The translations under genes and the position numbers were made by a program. The notes under the pieces are model-generated. The model ran no database searches and had not been told where the DNA came from. It was given only the letters and a program-made list of their open reading frames with translations. A stretch of DNA of 61,141 bases, the filler included. It is 4 parts of 4 records of this genome, joined end to end, with 100 filler letters (N's around TTAATTAATTAA, not from the genome) between each part and the next. Parts side by side here need not be neighbours in the genome. Positions count along the whole stretch, not along the records: positions 29,435 to 54,532 come from DRR723986_4129; positions 54,633 to 61,141 come from DRR723986_4132; 2 more parts are not named here. One strand, 5' to 3'. The stretch's first letter is position 1; the number at the start of each line of letters is the position of its first letter. Below are positions 45,424 through 54,679 of this stretch, in pieces.

Positions 45424-47916
45424 TCAGCTTTGTTCCTTGTTCACCGCGTTTCGAACGATGCTTTGTGCCAAATTTTGCCCGTTGGCAAATTCGATTATAG
45501 AACCGTTTGCCGCATTTCTAACAGCATCTCCCTGGGCACCGATATCGAAAGCAAAAACCGGCAACCCTGTCTGAAGGCATTCATGGGTTGTGTAGGAAAA
45601 GGTCTCGGGCCAGATCGACGGGATTAGCCAGCAGGTGATCCCGTATCGGGCGGCAAGTGCGGGAAGGTCTGCAACCTGGTAGTTGCCGTGCACCGGGATC
45701 GACGGGGGAAGGCCGAAAGCCGGGTCGATATTCCCGATCAGCGCAAGCCTGAAGTCATCCCTGCTCTGCGCAATCTTGGCCAGATCCTGAAGGACGGCTG
45801 CCCCTTTTTGTAGGCCGATATTCCCAAGAACGCCAATGACGACTGGCCCTGTATCATGGCGTGGGATTGTTGGAACGGGGTGCAGCAGGCTATGCGGAAT
45901 CACTCGGATCTTTGGCGCGGCTTGCGGATAGCTGGCAAGGATATGTACCCGGCTGTTTTCGGAAAAAACCGTCACATGGTTGGCAGCCTCGATCAGCGCC
46001 CCCCATTCCTGCTGCCACTCGTTCAGGGTGGCGCGTGTCCGGTCCGGGCGGCGGGCTGTGTGCGCGCGATCATCGCGGTCGGGCAGAACCGGGCCGCGAT
46101 ACAAGCCCTCCGAGTCGAGCAGGCAGTAAGAGGGCGACACCGGGAAGAAGTCGTGAATCAAAATCTCCAGCTCTTCACGTTTTTCATCCTGCTCGCGGGC
46201 CAATTGGCGCAAGAATCCGGGCAGTTCGATCGGATCGTGATCGCCAACGCCGCAAGAATAGATGATCTTCCGCCGGGGAAGAGCCGCCAACAGGCGCTCG
46301 ACGAACTCGAAGTCGTCGGTGGTTCCGGTGCTTTGCCCGCCGGGTGTGCGCACTTCTACCTGAAACCGCTGCGATCCTCCGACGCGCAGCACGACGGAGC
46401 TTTGCCCCTGCTGCAAATCGCATGAAATCCTGTCTTCCAGATAGTGCTCGGCCCCGCCTCCAAGGGAATGCGCCAGATAGATCGGAACGGCAGAGGATGC
46501 CCGAACCCCCACGAAGGCAATCGCAAGTGCGACACGGGCTGTTGCCAAAGGGTCTGACTGGATGAACTCCTGCACGTCCCGGTCATAGGTTGGATAGCGA
46601 CTTGCGACGAGCGCGTTGTTTTTTTGGACAAGCGCCTGTTTTTCAGCGGAACCAAAGCTTTCGCCGCCCTTGTGCTCTACAAAAAGGCCCGGCAACCCGA
46701 TGTGTCGCCCGTCCAGGGCCCGGGCCTTCTGGCACCAGTCCACCTCTTCGCCGTAACCCCGCCCAAAGGACGTATCCAGGGCGGGGAAGCGGTGCAGATA
46801 GGCGATGTTCATCGCCATGCAGAATCCCACACCGGTCGGGGCGCTTACGAGTTGCCTGTCCTGATGAAATTGTCGGGCAAAAGCGTCGATTGCATCTGCC
46901 TCGCCCGGGCGCAGATCGGTCTTGGTGCAAATGGCCGGGACCGAAAAGATTTCGGCATCGTTTGACATCGGCGTTACGGTTGCCACGTTGTTGCGGCGAA
47001 GCATCGGCGCGATCAGGCGGCTTGCCCATGCCGCGGGCACCAATGCGTCAGAGTTCAGAAGAACAACGTGATCCCCGAAGGCTGTCGCCCGATCCAGCCC
47101 CTTGTTTACGCTGCCGATAAAGCCGAGGTTTTCCGGGTTCTCTATCAGGTGTACCCGATCATCGCGCATTTCGGCCCAGTCCCTCAGAAAGGGCCTGACG
47201 CGCGGATCGGGGGAACAATCCTCGATGACAAGCAGACGCCAGGACAGATCGGTGTTGGTCTCTATGCGGGTCAGGGTCTCTGGCAGAAGATCGAACGCGT
47301 TATAGACTGGCAACACGATGGTTATGGACCTGTCCAAAAGCCCGGCAGGCAGTTCAGACCCTGGATCGAACAGGTCTGTCTGCATCGGGCCTGCAACCGG
47401 CACGGAATTCAGATCGAGAATAGACTTGACCCGCGCCCGATGAATGGGGTCGTTGGTGACCCTCCATCGAATAATTAATGGGCCTGCCATCAGCACGAGG
47501 CTTGCAAACCGAAGCACCAACCGCAATCTGGCGAGCAGAAACCTGAGGCGTGACGGCACTGGAAGCTGGCACTTGTACTCGGCGTTTCCAAAGCTCAGGG
47601 ACAGGTCAAACGGACCCGGCACCAATGGCGCAGTTATCGAGAAACCGACCTGTGGATCGACATCAAGCGCATCGGCTACGTCGTTTCTCATCAAATGCGG
47701 TCGATGAGTGATTTGCCCGTCCTGCCAAGACAGGACAACCTCGTCTGCCAGCGTCCAGCCATCATACTGAATTCTGTTGCCATGAACGGTGGTTTTCTCG
47801 ACATAGCCGAGACGCTGGCCATTGGCTTTCGGCAGCGCCGTTCCCCGACCAGAGACCGACAGGTGTCGGTCGGCAAATCGGGCGAACAATCCACGGACCC
47901 GGTTGAACACGGTCAA
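45424..47916 (-). CDS. Multidomain glycosyltransferase (GT2 plus C-terminal GT-B)
   Basis: LPVYNA, EDCSPD, LLNSD, YGEEVDWC; HSLGGGAE, PSIWPETFSY. Confidence 0.88.
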   Translation of the reverse strand: MTVFNRVRGLFARFADRHLSVSGRGTALPKANGQRLGYVEKTTVHGNRIQYDGWTLADEVVLSWQDGQITHRPHLMRNDVADALDVDPQVGFSITAPLVPGPFDLSLSFGNAEYKCQLPVPSRLRFLLARLRLVLRFASLVLMAGPLIIRWRVTNDPIHRARVKSILDLNSVPVAGPMQTDLFDPGSELPAGLLDRSITIVLPVYNAFDLLPETLTRIETNTDLSWRLLVIEDCSPDPRVRPFLRDWAEMRDDRVHLIENPENLGFIGSVNKGLDRATAFGDHVVLLNSDALVPAAWASRLIAPMLRRNNVATVTPMSNDAEIFSVPAICTKTDLRPGEADAIDAFARQFHQDRQLVSAPTGVGFCMAMNIAYLHRFPALDTSFGRGYGEEVDWCQKARALDGRHIGLPGLFVEHKGGESFGSAEKQALVQKNNALVASRYPTYDRDVQEFIQSDPLATARVALAIAFVGVRASSAVPIYLAHSLGGGAEHYLEDRISCDLQQGQSSVVLRVGGSQRFQVEVRTPGGQSTGTTDDFEFVERLLAALPRRKIIYSCGVGDHDPIELPGFLRQLAREQDEKREELEILIHDFFPVSPSYCLLDSEGLYRGPVLPDRDDRAHTARRPDRTRATLNEWQQEWGALIEAANHVTVFSENSRVHILASYPQAAPKIRVIPHSLLHPVPTIPRHDTGPVVIGVLGNIGLQKGAAVLQDLAKIAQSRDDFRLALIGNIDPAFGLPPSIPVHGNYQVADLPALAARYGITCWLIPSIWPETFSYTTHECLQTGLPVFAFDIGAQGDAVRNAANGSIIEFANGQNLAQSIVRNAVNKEQS

Positions 47917-48050
47917 TCCTTGTCTTTGCCGCGGAAAAACGCTTGCGGCGCTGGCTGCACTTTCAAACGCAGTGGCTGCGCAAGATCTATGGCTTCTTTA
48001 CCCGCCGGGGTCATGGGTGTCCATATTTGCGAAACGCCAAAAGGGCTCAG

Positions 48051-48665
48051 TCAGGACGACCGTCGAAAGAGGTTGCCAATGGTCTGGAAAACCAGGTCGA
48101 AATCGTAGCAGGTGCTTTGATTGCGCTGGTATATCAGATCAAGCCGGGCCTTCATCGGAATGCAGAGGCGACAGTACACATCGTCGGTTTCTTCCGGGGT
48201 ATTGCAACGATGGAGCAGGCGTTCTTCGTGCTTGTGATAGGTGATCGTGGCCAGACCGGTCACACCGGGCCTGCTTTTCAGAACCTTGCCATACAGGTCC
48301 GGGAAGCGATCGACATATTCGCGCAGTGGCGGGCGCGGGCCCACAAAGCTCAGGTCGCCGCGCAGAATGTTCCATAGCTGCGGAAATTCGTCCAACCGCT
48401 TTCGGCGTAGCCAGGCCCCCGTGGGCGTGATGCGGGCGGCCTTGTGCGCGCCGGAAACGCCGCTGTCCGCGTCCACCACGGTCATGGTGCGGAATTTCCA
48501 AAGGCGAAAGCTTTTGTCAGGCGTCTTCATGCGTTCTGCGGCGTAAAAGATCGGCCCCCCCTTTTCCCGCCATATCTTCCAGATCAGCCACAGGATGATT
48601 GGCCCCAGAATGATGACCAACAGGCTGGCGAAAAATAGGTCAAAGATTCGCTTGCGCCAAGTCAC
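48051..48665 (-). CDS. Small monotopic phosphoglycosyl transferase (PglC-like)
   Basis: KRIFD, KFRTM, LDEFPQL, SFVGPRP. Confidence 0.9.
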   Translation of the reverse strand: MTWRKRIFDLFFASLLVIILGPIILWLIWKIWREKGGPIFYAAERMKTPDKSFRLWKFRTMTVVDADSGVSGAHKAARITPTGAWLRRKRLDEFPQLWNILRGDLSFVGPRPPLREYVDRFPDLYGKVLKSRPGVTGLATITYHKHEERLLHRCNTPEETDDVYCRLCIPMKARLDLIYQRNQSTCYDFDLVFQTIGNLFRRSS

Positions 48666-48666
48666 G

Positions 48667-49503
48667 CTACTGCTCCCAATGCTCTACAAAGGCCCGCCAT
48701 TCTGCCACCAGCTTTTCAGCTTGTCCGGCCTGCGGGTCCAGCGTGATAAACCTGCCAAGCGTGTCAGTGTCCAGCACTACTTCTGCAATGGCGTCTCCGG
48801 GGGCGGGCCTTGGCGACCAGCGATGCGGCACGGCGTCCAGCAGCGCGCCCATCTCGACGCCACCGGGGCTCGACAGGTTCAGGATATGCGGCAAGCCCCG
48901 CCCCGTGCCGACCAGATCCAGCAGATCGGCCAGCATTCGCGCCAGAGTGGCGGGGCCAATATAGCTGCGGCAGGGGGTGCGGCCATCGTCAAAACGATCC
49001 AGAACAAGCGGGGTCGCGGTCGGCAGGCGGCCAAGAATCTGGTCTGCGCCCGCGACATTGCAGATGCGCAGGCTTGTCACTGGCCCGCCCGCTGCGACAA
49101 GGCTTTGCTCCATCTCCAGCTTTGCAGCGCCGTAAGGGGCGGCAGGCCGTGCCGGATCCCCTTCCTTGCACAGTCCAGCAGCGCGCCCGTAGACTGCGGC
49201 AGAGGACGCAACAAGCAGCGGTTTGCCTCCCGAGGCCGCTTGGACGGTCTGAGCGATGGTGCGATTCAGCGACATGTCGCCGCCCGATGCCGGTGTTACC
49301 CCGGCCAGACACAGGATCATGTCGCACTCGGAAATGGCCCGGGCAAGGGGCGCGGGATGCTTTAGAATGTCAAACACGCTGATTTCACGTGATTTTCCAG
49401 CAGAGCGCCCATGCCAAACGGCTGAGAAACGCCCCTCATCCTGCCATCCCCATTGCAGCATCTGCCCAAGACGACCTGTGGCCCCAAGTACCAAAACGCG
49501 CAT
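48667..49503 (-). CDS. NAD-dependent epimerase/reductase
   Basis: GATGRLG, SSAAVYG, YGAAK. Confidence 0.85.
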   Translation of the reverse strand: MRVLVLGATGRLGQMLQWGWQDEGRFSAVWHGRSAGKSREISVFDILKHPAPLARAISECDMILCLAGVTPASGGDMSLNRTIAQTVQAASGGKPLLVASSAAVYGRAAGLCKEGDPARPAAPYGAAKLEMEQSLVAAGGPVTSLRICNVAGADQILGRLPTATPLVLDRFDDGRTPCRSYIGPATLARMLADLLDLVGTGRGLPHILNLSSPGGVEMGALLDAVPHRWSPRPAPGDAIAEVVLDTDTLGRFITLDPQAGQAEKLVAEWRAFVEHWEQ

Positions 49504-49608
49504 AAAATGACCTTTCCTGCCCGAAACCGTTGACCCCCGGAACGCACACCGTATTTTGCCCAGAAGTTGCGTATCAATTCAAACCGGCAATTTGCAGTGG
49601 GACAGGGC

Positions 49609-50715
49609 ATGAAAATCACTCTTCGGACAGTAGGCGTATTTGCAGTTTGCCTTCTGTTGGCGGCCTGTTCCCTTCCGCGTGGCGCGGGAATTGAAAGAGA
49701 GATCACAAGCGGCGCAAACAATGCGGAGGCGGATTTCGCATTATATCCCGTGACACGCGCCTTTTTGCCGACACTGGCGGAATGGCCGTTGGTCGGTGAG
49801 CCTGAGTTGAACTGGATCACCGCCAGTGCCGGTGCCCGTACCCAGATCATCAACGCGGGCGATATTGTCGCGATCACCATCTGGGACAGCAACGACAACT
49901 CGCTACTGACCGCGCCGGGGCAGCGTGCTGTGAATCTCGAACAGATGCAGGTTGCGGCAAATGGCTCGATCTTCATGCCATATATCGGCAACACCCGCAT
50001 CGCCGGGCTGACGCCCCAGGCCGCGCGCGAACGGCTGCAATCCGAACTGGAGGCAATCGTACCCTCGGCGCAGGTGCAGCTGGCAATGGCTGCGGGCGTT
50101 CACAATTCGGTCGATCTGGTGGGCGGGGTTGGGGCTCCGGGCACCTACCCGATGCCCGACCAATCCTATTCGGTGCTCAGTCTGATTGCGCAGGGCGGTG
50201 GTGTGTCCGGCGCGCTGCAAAACCCGCAAATCAGGCTGATGCGTCATGGCCAGCTTTTCGGCACCTCCATTGCCCGCCTCTATTCGGAACCGCACCTGGA
50301 TACCCGCCTGATCGGCGGGGACCGGATTATCGTGGAAGAAGACCGGCGCTACTTCCTGTCGCTTGGTGCGGCGGGCATTCAGGATCAGCATGCGTTTACG
50401 CAGGACGTGGTCACCGCACTGGACGCCATGTCCATCATCGGCGGCGTGTCGTCCAGCCGTGCCGACCCCGAGGGCATCCTGATCCTGCGCGAATATCCCG
50501 CATCGGCCCTGCGGTCCGGTCAGCGCGGCCCCCGCGAGGAACGCGTGGTCTTCACGCTGGATCTGACAACCTCGGACGGCCTGTTCTCGGCCCGGAATTT
50601 CCGCATCCAGTCTGGCGATCTTGTGCTGGCTACGGAAAGCCCGGTCAGCTCGATCCAGACGGTGTTCAGCCTGTTTGGCAGCGCCTTCGGTCTTGCCAAC
50701 GCCGTTGCCAACTAA
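49609..50715 (+). CDS. Polysaccharide export lipoprotein (Wza/OPX)
   Basis: Lipobox LAAC-SLPRGAG, GSIFMPYIG, C-terminal amphipathic helix. Confidence 0.88.
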   Translation: MKITLRTVGVFAVCLLLAACSLPRGAGIEREITSGANNAEADFALYPVTRAFLPTLAEWPLVGEPELNWITASAGARTQIINAGDIVAITIWDSNDNSLLTAPGQRAVNLEQMQVAANGSIFMPYIGNTRIAGLTPQAARERLQSELEAIVPSAQVQLAMAAGVHNSVDLVGGVGAPGTYPMPDQSYSVLSLIAQGGGVSGALQNPQIRLMRHGQLFGTSIARLYSEPHLDTRLIGGDRIIVEEDRRYFLSLGAAGIQDQHAFTQDVVTALDAMSIIGGVSSSRADPEGILILREYPASALRSGQRGPREERVVFTLDLTTSDGLFSARNFRIQSGDLVLATESPVSSIQTVFSLFGSAFGLANAVAN

Positions 50716-50721
50716 GCGCCA

Positions 50722-51969
50722 TCAGGGCAGGGCAATGGGCCGCGCATGGGGCGCGAGCCCGTTGATCCGTTCGATATGTACCGGCAGGCAACGGGTCAGA
50801 AAATCATAGGCTTCGACCACATGAGCGCGGGCGGCACGGCCAAGATGGGCATAGTCGCCGGGCGCTGACAGCACCTCGCATACCTGCCGCGCCAAGGCTT
50901 CGGGTTGAAAGAAATCAACCAGCAGTCCGGTTTCGCCATGGCTCAGCGCCTCGCGCACCGGCGCGACGTCCGAGGCGACAATGGTCGCGCCCATGGACAT
51001 GGTTTCCAGCAGCGACCAGGACAGGACGAAGGGAACAGTCAGGTAGATGTGACAACGCGATAGCTGCATGACCGTCTGGTAGTCGGAATAGGGGATGCGG
51101 CCCAGAAAATGCACCCGGCTCCAATCCACCCGGTCGCCGACTTCGCGCTCCATCTCCGCACGATAGCCGCCGGCTTGCTGGCTTTCCTTGCCATAGGACA
51201 CCTCGTTTCCGCCAATGATCAGAGCACGGGCATTTGGCCGGGCATCCAGAATATGGGGCAGGGCGCGCATGAAGGTGTGAAAGCCACGGGTCGGTTCCAT
51301 ATTGCGGGCCATATAGGTGAAGATTTCATCGTCCCGCGTGACGGACCGCCCCAACCGATCCAGCCGCACGGCGGCATCGGGATTGGGCAACAGCCGGTCG
51401 GTACGGATGCCGTCATGACAGGTGTAGATCTTGCGGTGGAAGCTGGCAGGATAGCTGTTCCTTTGCCATTGTGTCGGGGATTGCCCCAGATCCACAGTTT
51501 CCAGATTGGCAAAGTTCACCGCATTGCGCGCGTGCATGATGAAGGGCGTGGCCGGGTTGGAGGGAAATTCCGGGTCGAACCCGACCGATCCGCCCTTTGC
51601 CAGAAAGTAGTATTCAAAATAGCCGAGCACCGGCACGTCAGGCCAGACGATCTTGGAGAATGTCAACTCGCCCCAGCCCACATGGCCGAGGATCACATCG
51701 GGGGTGAACCCTTCGGCCTGAAGCTTCTGGCAGGCCAGGGCCGCGCCATAGCCCGCGCCGGTGCAGTCCTCCCAGTAGCGGGACAGGCCGTAGGCATCCT
51801 TGGCGGGTTTGTGATGCGGCGCGTATTGCACAACTCGGATTCCCGGAGACGAAGACACACCCTTTCGCTGTGTCAGAAAGACAATCTCGTGCCCGCCCTG
51901 TGCCGCCAGCCAATCCACCAGCTGGCGATATTGTCCGGGGTAGTTCTGGTGGATGAACAGCAGTTTCAT
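50722..51969 (-). CDS. GT4 glycosyltransferase
   Basis: HQNYPGQY, EPTRGF, PFVLSWSLLE. Confidence 0.88.
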   Translation of the reverse strand: MKLLFIHQNYPGQYRQLVDWLAAQGGHEIVFLTQRKGVSSSPGIRVVQYAPHHKPAKDAYGLSRYWEDCTGAGYGAALACQKLQAEGFTPDVILGHVGWGELTFSKIVWPDVPVLGYFEYYFLAKGGSVGFDPEFPSNPATPFIMHARNAVNFANLETVDLGQSPTQWQRNSYPASFHRKIYTCHDGIRTDRLLPNPDAAVRLDRLGRSVTRDDEIFTYMARNMEPTRGFHTFMRALPHILDARPNARALIIGGNEVSYGKESQQAGGYRAEMEREVGDRVDWSRVHFLGRIPYSDYQTVMQLSRCHIYLTVPFVLSWSLLETMSMGATIVASDVAPVREALSHGETGLLVDFFQPEALARQVCEVLSAPGDYAHLGRAARAHVVEAYDFLTRCLPVHIERINGLAPHARPIALP

Positions 51970-52044
51970 GTACAGGCCGTGATCTGACTGAAAAAAGGCG
52001 GGACCGCTACGCTAACGGTCCCGCCCCTTGGTGCAAGGTATTCA

Positions 52045-52914
52045 TTAAAGCAAAGTTCGAAGATAGGCGCCGTAGCTGTTTTTGCGAAACATTTCGGCGC
52101 GTTCGGCCAGCGCCTCGCGGCTGATCCAGCCTCTTTCATAGGCGATTTCATCCAGGCACCCGGTTTGCAGCCCCTGCCGCTTTTCCAAGGTGCGCACGAA
52201 ATTGCCCGCATCCAGAAGGCTTCCATGGGTTCCCGTATCCAGCCAGGCATAGCCGCGTCCCATGCGTTTCACGCTGAGCAGGCCATCGCCCAGGTAGGTT
52301 TCCAGCAGCGTTGTAATCTCCAGTTCGCCCCGGGCGGATGGCTGCACCTTGCGGGCCCGTTCAGGGGCCGTGCCATCAAGGAAATAGAGCCCGGTCACCG
52401 CGTAGTTGGAGGGCGGCACATCCGGTTTTTCGATGATCCCGGTGACGTCGCCGGCGCTGTCGAACGCAACCACCCCATAGCGTTCCGGGTCGGACACATG
52501 ATAGCCGAACACCGTCGCGCCAGCGGACCGGTTGTCGGCCTCTTCCATGATCTCGGGCAGGCCGTGGCCGAAAAAGATGTTGTCGCCCAACACCATCGCC
52601 GAAGGCGCTCCGTCCAGGAACTCATCGGCAAGGATGTAGGCCTGCGCCAGCCCGTCGGGGGAGGGCTGTTCTATATAAGTCAGGCTGATGCCCCATTGGC
52701 TGCCATCGCCGAGAGAGCGCTGGAACTGATCCTGATCAACAGGTGTGGTGATCACCGCGATCTCGCGGATGCCGGCCAGCATCAACACGCTTAGGGGATA
52801 GTAGATCATCGGCTTGTCATAGATCGGCAACAGCTGTTTCGACACGCCGATGGTGATCGGGTAAAGACGGGTGCCAGAGCCGCCGGCCAGGATGATGCCT
52901 TTGCGATTGGTCAT
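52045..52914 (-). CDS. rfbA: Glucose-1-phosphate thymidylyltransferase
   Basis: [26 protein letters not shown]; true start 52914 overlaps rfbD stop. Confidence 0.96.
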   Translation of the reverse strand: MTNRKGIILAGGSGTRLYPITIGVSKQLLPIYDKPMIYYPLSVLMLAGIREIAVITTPVDQDQFQRSLGDGSQWGISLTYIEQPSPDGLAQAYILADEFLDGAPSAMVLGDNIFFGHGLPEIMEEADNRSAGATVFGYHVSDPERYGVVAFDSAGDVTGIIEKPDVPPSNYAVTGLYFLDGTAPERARKVQPSARGELEITTLLETYLGDGLLSVKRMGRGYAWLDTGTHGSLLDAGNFVRTLEKRQGLQTGCLDEIAYERGWISREALAERAEMFRKNSYGAYLRTLL

Positions 52915-53765
52915 GGGGATCGAGTCTCTATTTCCTTGAGAATGAGGGAAAGGCCTTTTCTCCAGTCGGGGCGAGAGATGCCGAAGGTCAGCGCCGTCGA
53001 GGCACAATCCATCCGGGAATTGGCCGGGCGCCGGGCGGGTGTCGGATAGTCGCTGGTAGGGATGTCGATGACCTGGCAGGGCAATCCGGCCTGGTGGAAG
53101 ATTTCGCGCGCGAAGTCTGCCCAGGACAGATCGGGCGCGCCAGAAAAGTGGTAGGTGCCCGACTTCGACGGGTCGGCCTGCAACTGCGCCGCGATGGACA
53201 GGCAGGCGGCGGCGATCTCGCTTGCAGGGGTCGGACCGCCCACCTGATCGGCAACGACGGTTAGTTGGTCCCTCGCGGATCCAAGCCGCAGCATCGTCTT
53301 GACGAAGTTCTTGCCATGCGCAGACACAACCCACGAGGTGCGCAGGATCGCAAAGGATCCGCCCGCCGCCTGAATCGCCGCCTCACCGGCCAGTTTGCTG
53401 CGCCCATAGGCCCCAAGCGGCCCGGTGGGGGCGTCGGCCGACCAGGGCGCGGTGCCGGTGCCGTCAAAGACATACTCGGTAGAGATATGGACGAAGGGAA
53501 TGCCCAGATCGGCACAGGCCCCGGCCATCGCGCCGGGGGCGGCCCCGTTGATCAGCGTTGCGATGGCCTCGTCGCTCTCCGCCTGATCGACGGCCGTAAA
53601 GGCGGCGGCGTTGATCACGGCATCGGGCGCGTGGCGCAAGATCACCTCGGCACAGGCCGCAGGGTCAGTCAGGTCGGCCTCGTCCCGGGCCAGGGCCAGA
53701 ACATCCGCCTGGCGCTGCAACTCGATTGCGACCTGCCCGGTTTTTCCGAAGACAAGCACGGTCAT
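52911..53765 (-). CDS. rfbD: dTDP-4-dehydrorhamnose reductase
   Basis: [32 protein letters not shown]. Confidence 0.94.
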   Translation of the reverse strand: MTVLVFGKTGQVAIELQRQADVLALARDEADLTDPAACAEVILRHAPDAVINAAAFTAVDQAESDEAIATLINGAAPGAMAGACADLGIPFVHISTEYVFDGTGTAPWSADAPTGPLGAYGRSKLAGEAAIQAAGGSFAILRTSWVVSAHGKNFVKTMLRLGSARDQLTVVADQVGGPTPASEIAAACLSIAAQLQADPSKSGTYHFSGAPDLSWADFAREIFHQAGLPCQVIDIPTSDYPTPARRPANSRMDCASTALTFGISRPDWRKGLSLILKEIETRSP

Positions 53766-54532
53766 GCCTGGACCCCAAGCCGCTTGCCCACACCATCACG
53801 GTCCTGCAAGACGCGCCACCAGGCTTCGTTATCGAGATACCACTGTACGGTTTTTCGCAGGCCCTCTTCTACGGTCAGCGAAGGCCGCCATCCCAATTCC
53901 TCGCGGATGCGGGTCGGGTCGATCGCATAGCGCGCGTCATGACCGGGGCGGTCGGTCACGAAGGTGATCTGATCGGCATAAGATCCGTTCGCCTTGGGGC
54001 GCAGGTCATCGAGAATGCTGCAAAGCGTCTTCACCAGGTCCAGATTGCTGCGCTCATTCTCGCCGCCGATATTGTAGCTTTGGCCAATCGCACCTTCTTG
54101 CACCACCAGCAGCAAAGCATCGGCATGATCTTCAACATACAGCCAGTCGCGGATGTTCGACCCGTCGCCATAAATCGGCAAGGGCTGGCCCGCCAAGGCG
54201 TTCAGGATGATTACCGGAATCAACTTTTCCGGGAAGTGATAGGGCCCATAATTGTTGGAGCAATTGGTCAGGACCACCGGCAGCCCGTAGGTTTCATGCC
54301 AGGCGCGCACCAGATGATCGGACGCGGCCTTGGACGCTGAATAGGGGCTGCGCGGGTCGTAGGGCGTGTCCTCGGTGAATTGCACTGACGGGTCGGCAGG
54401 CAACGAACCGAACACCTCATCCGTGGAGATATGATGAAAGCGGAAGCCGTCGGGCCGGCCTGTTTCCACCCAGTGTTTCCGCGCGGCCTCCAGCATGTTG
54501 AAGGTGCCGGTGATGTTGGTCTCGATGAAATC
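53762..54532 (-). CDS. rfbB: dTDP-glucose 4,6-dehydratase, 5'-truncated by gap
   Basis: [29 protein letters not shown]. Confidence 0.94.
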   Translation of the reverse strand, partial: DFIETNITGTFNMLEAARKHWVETGRPDGFRFHHISTDEVFGSLPADPSVQFTEDTPYDPRSPYSASKAASDHLVRAWHETYGLPVVLTNCSNNYGPYHFPEKLIPVIILNALAGQPLPIYGDGSNIRDWLYVEDHADALLLVVQEGAIGQSYNIGGENERSNLDLVKTLCSILDDLRPKANGSYADQITFVTDRPGHDARYAIDPTRIREELGWRPSLTVEEGLRKTVQWYLDNEAWWRVLQDRDGVGKRLGVQA

Positions 54533-54632
54533 NNNNNNNNNNNNNNNNNNNNNNNNNNNNNNNNNNNNNNNNNNNNTTAATTAATTAANNNNNNNNNNNN
54601 NNNNNNNNNNNNNNNNNNNNNNNNNNNNNNNN
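54533..54632. other. Artificial contig spacer
   Basis: N44-TTAATTAATTAA-N44. Confidence 0.97.
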
Positions 54633-54679
54633 CAGGGGGTGTACAGGGGGTGTACGCCCGGCGCGCCCCCCAAATCAGC

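Noticed and set aside
52914-53334. N-terminal extension of RfbA (429-aa ORF) suggesting a fusion
   Set aside because: Extension overlaps rfbD in another frame; the real start is ATG 52914 with an ATGA overlap
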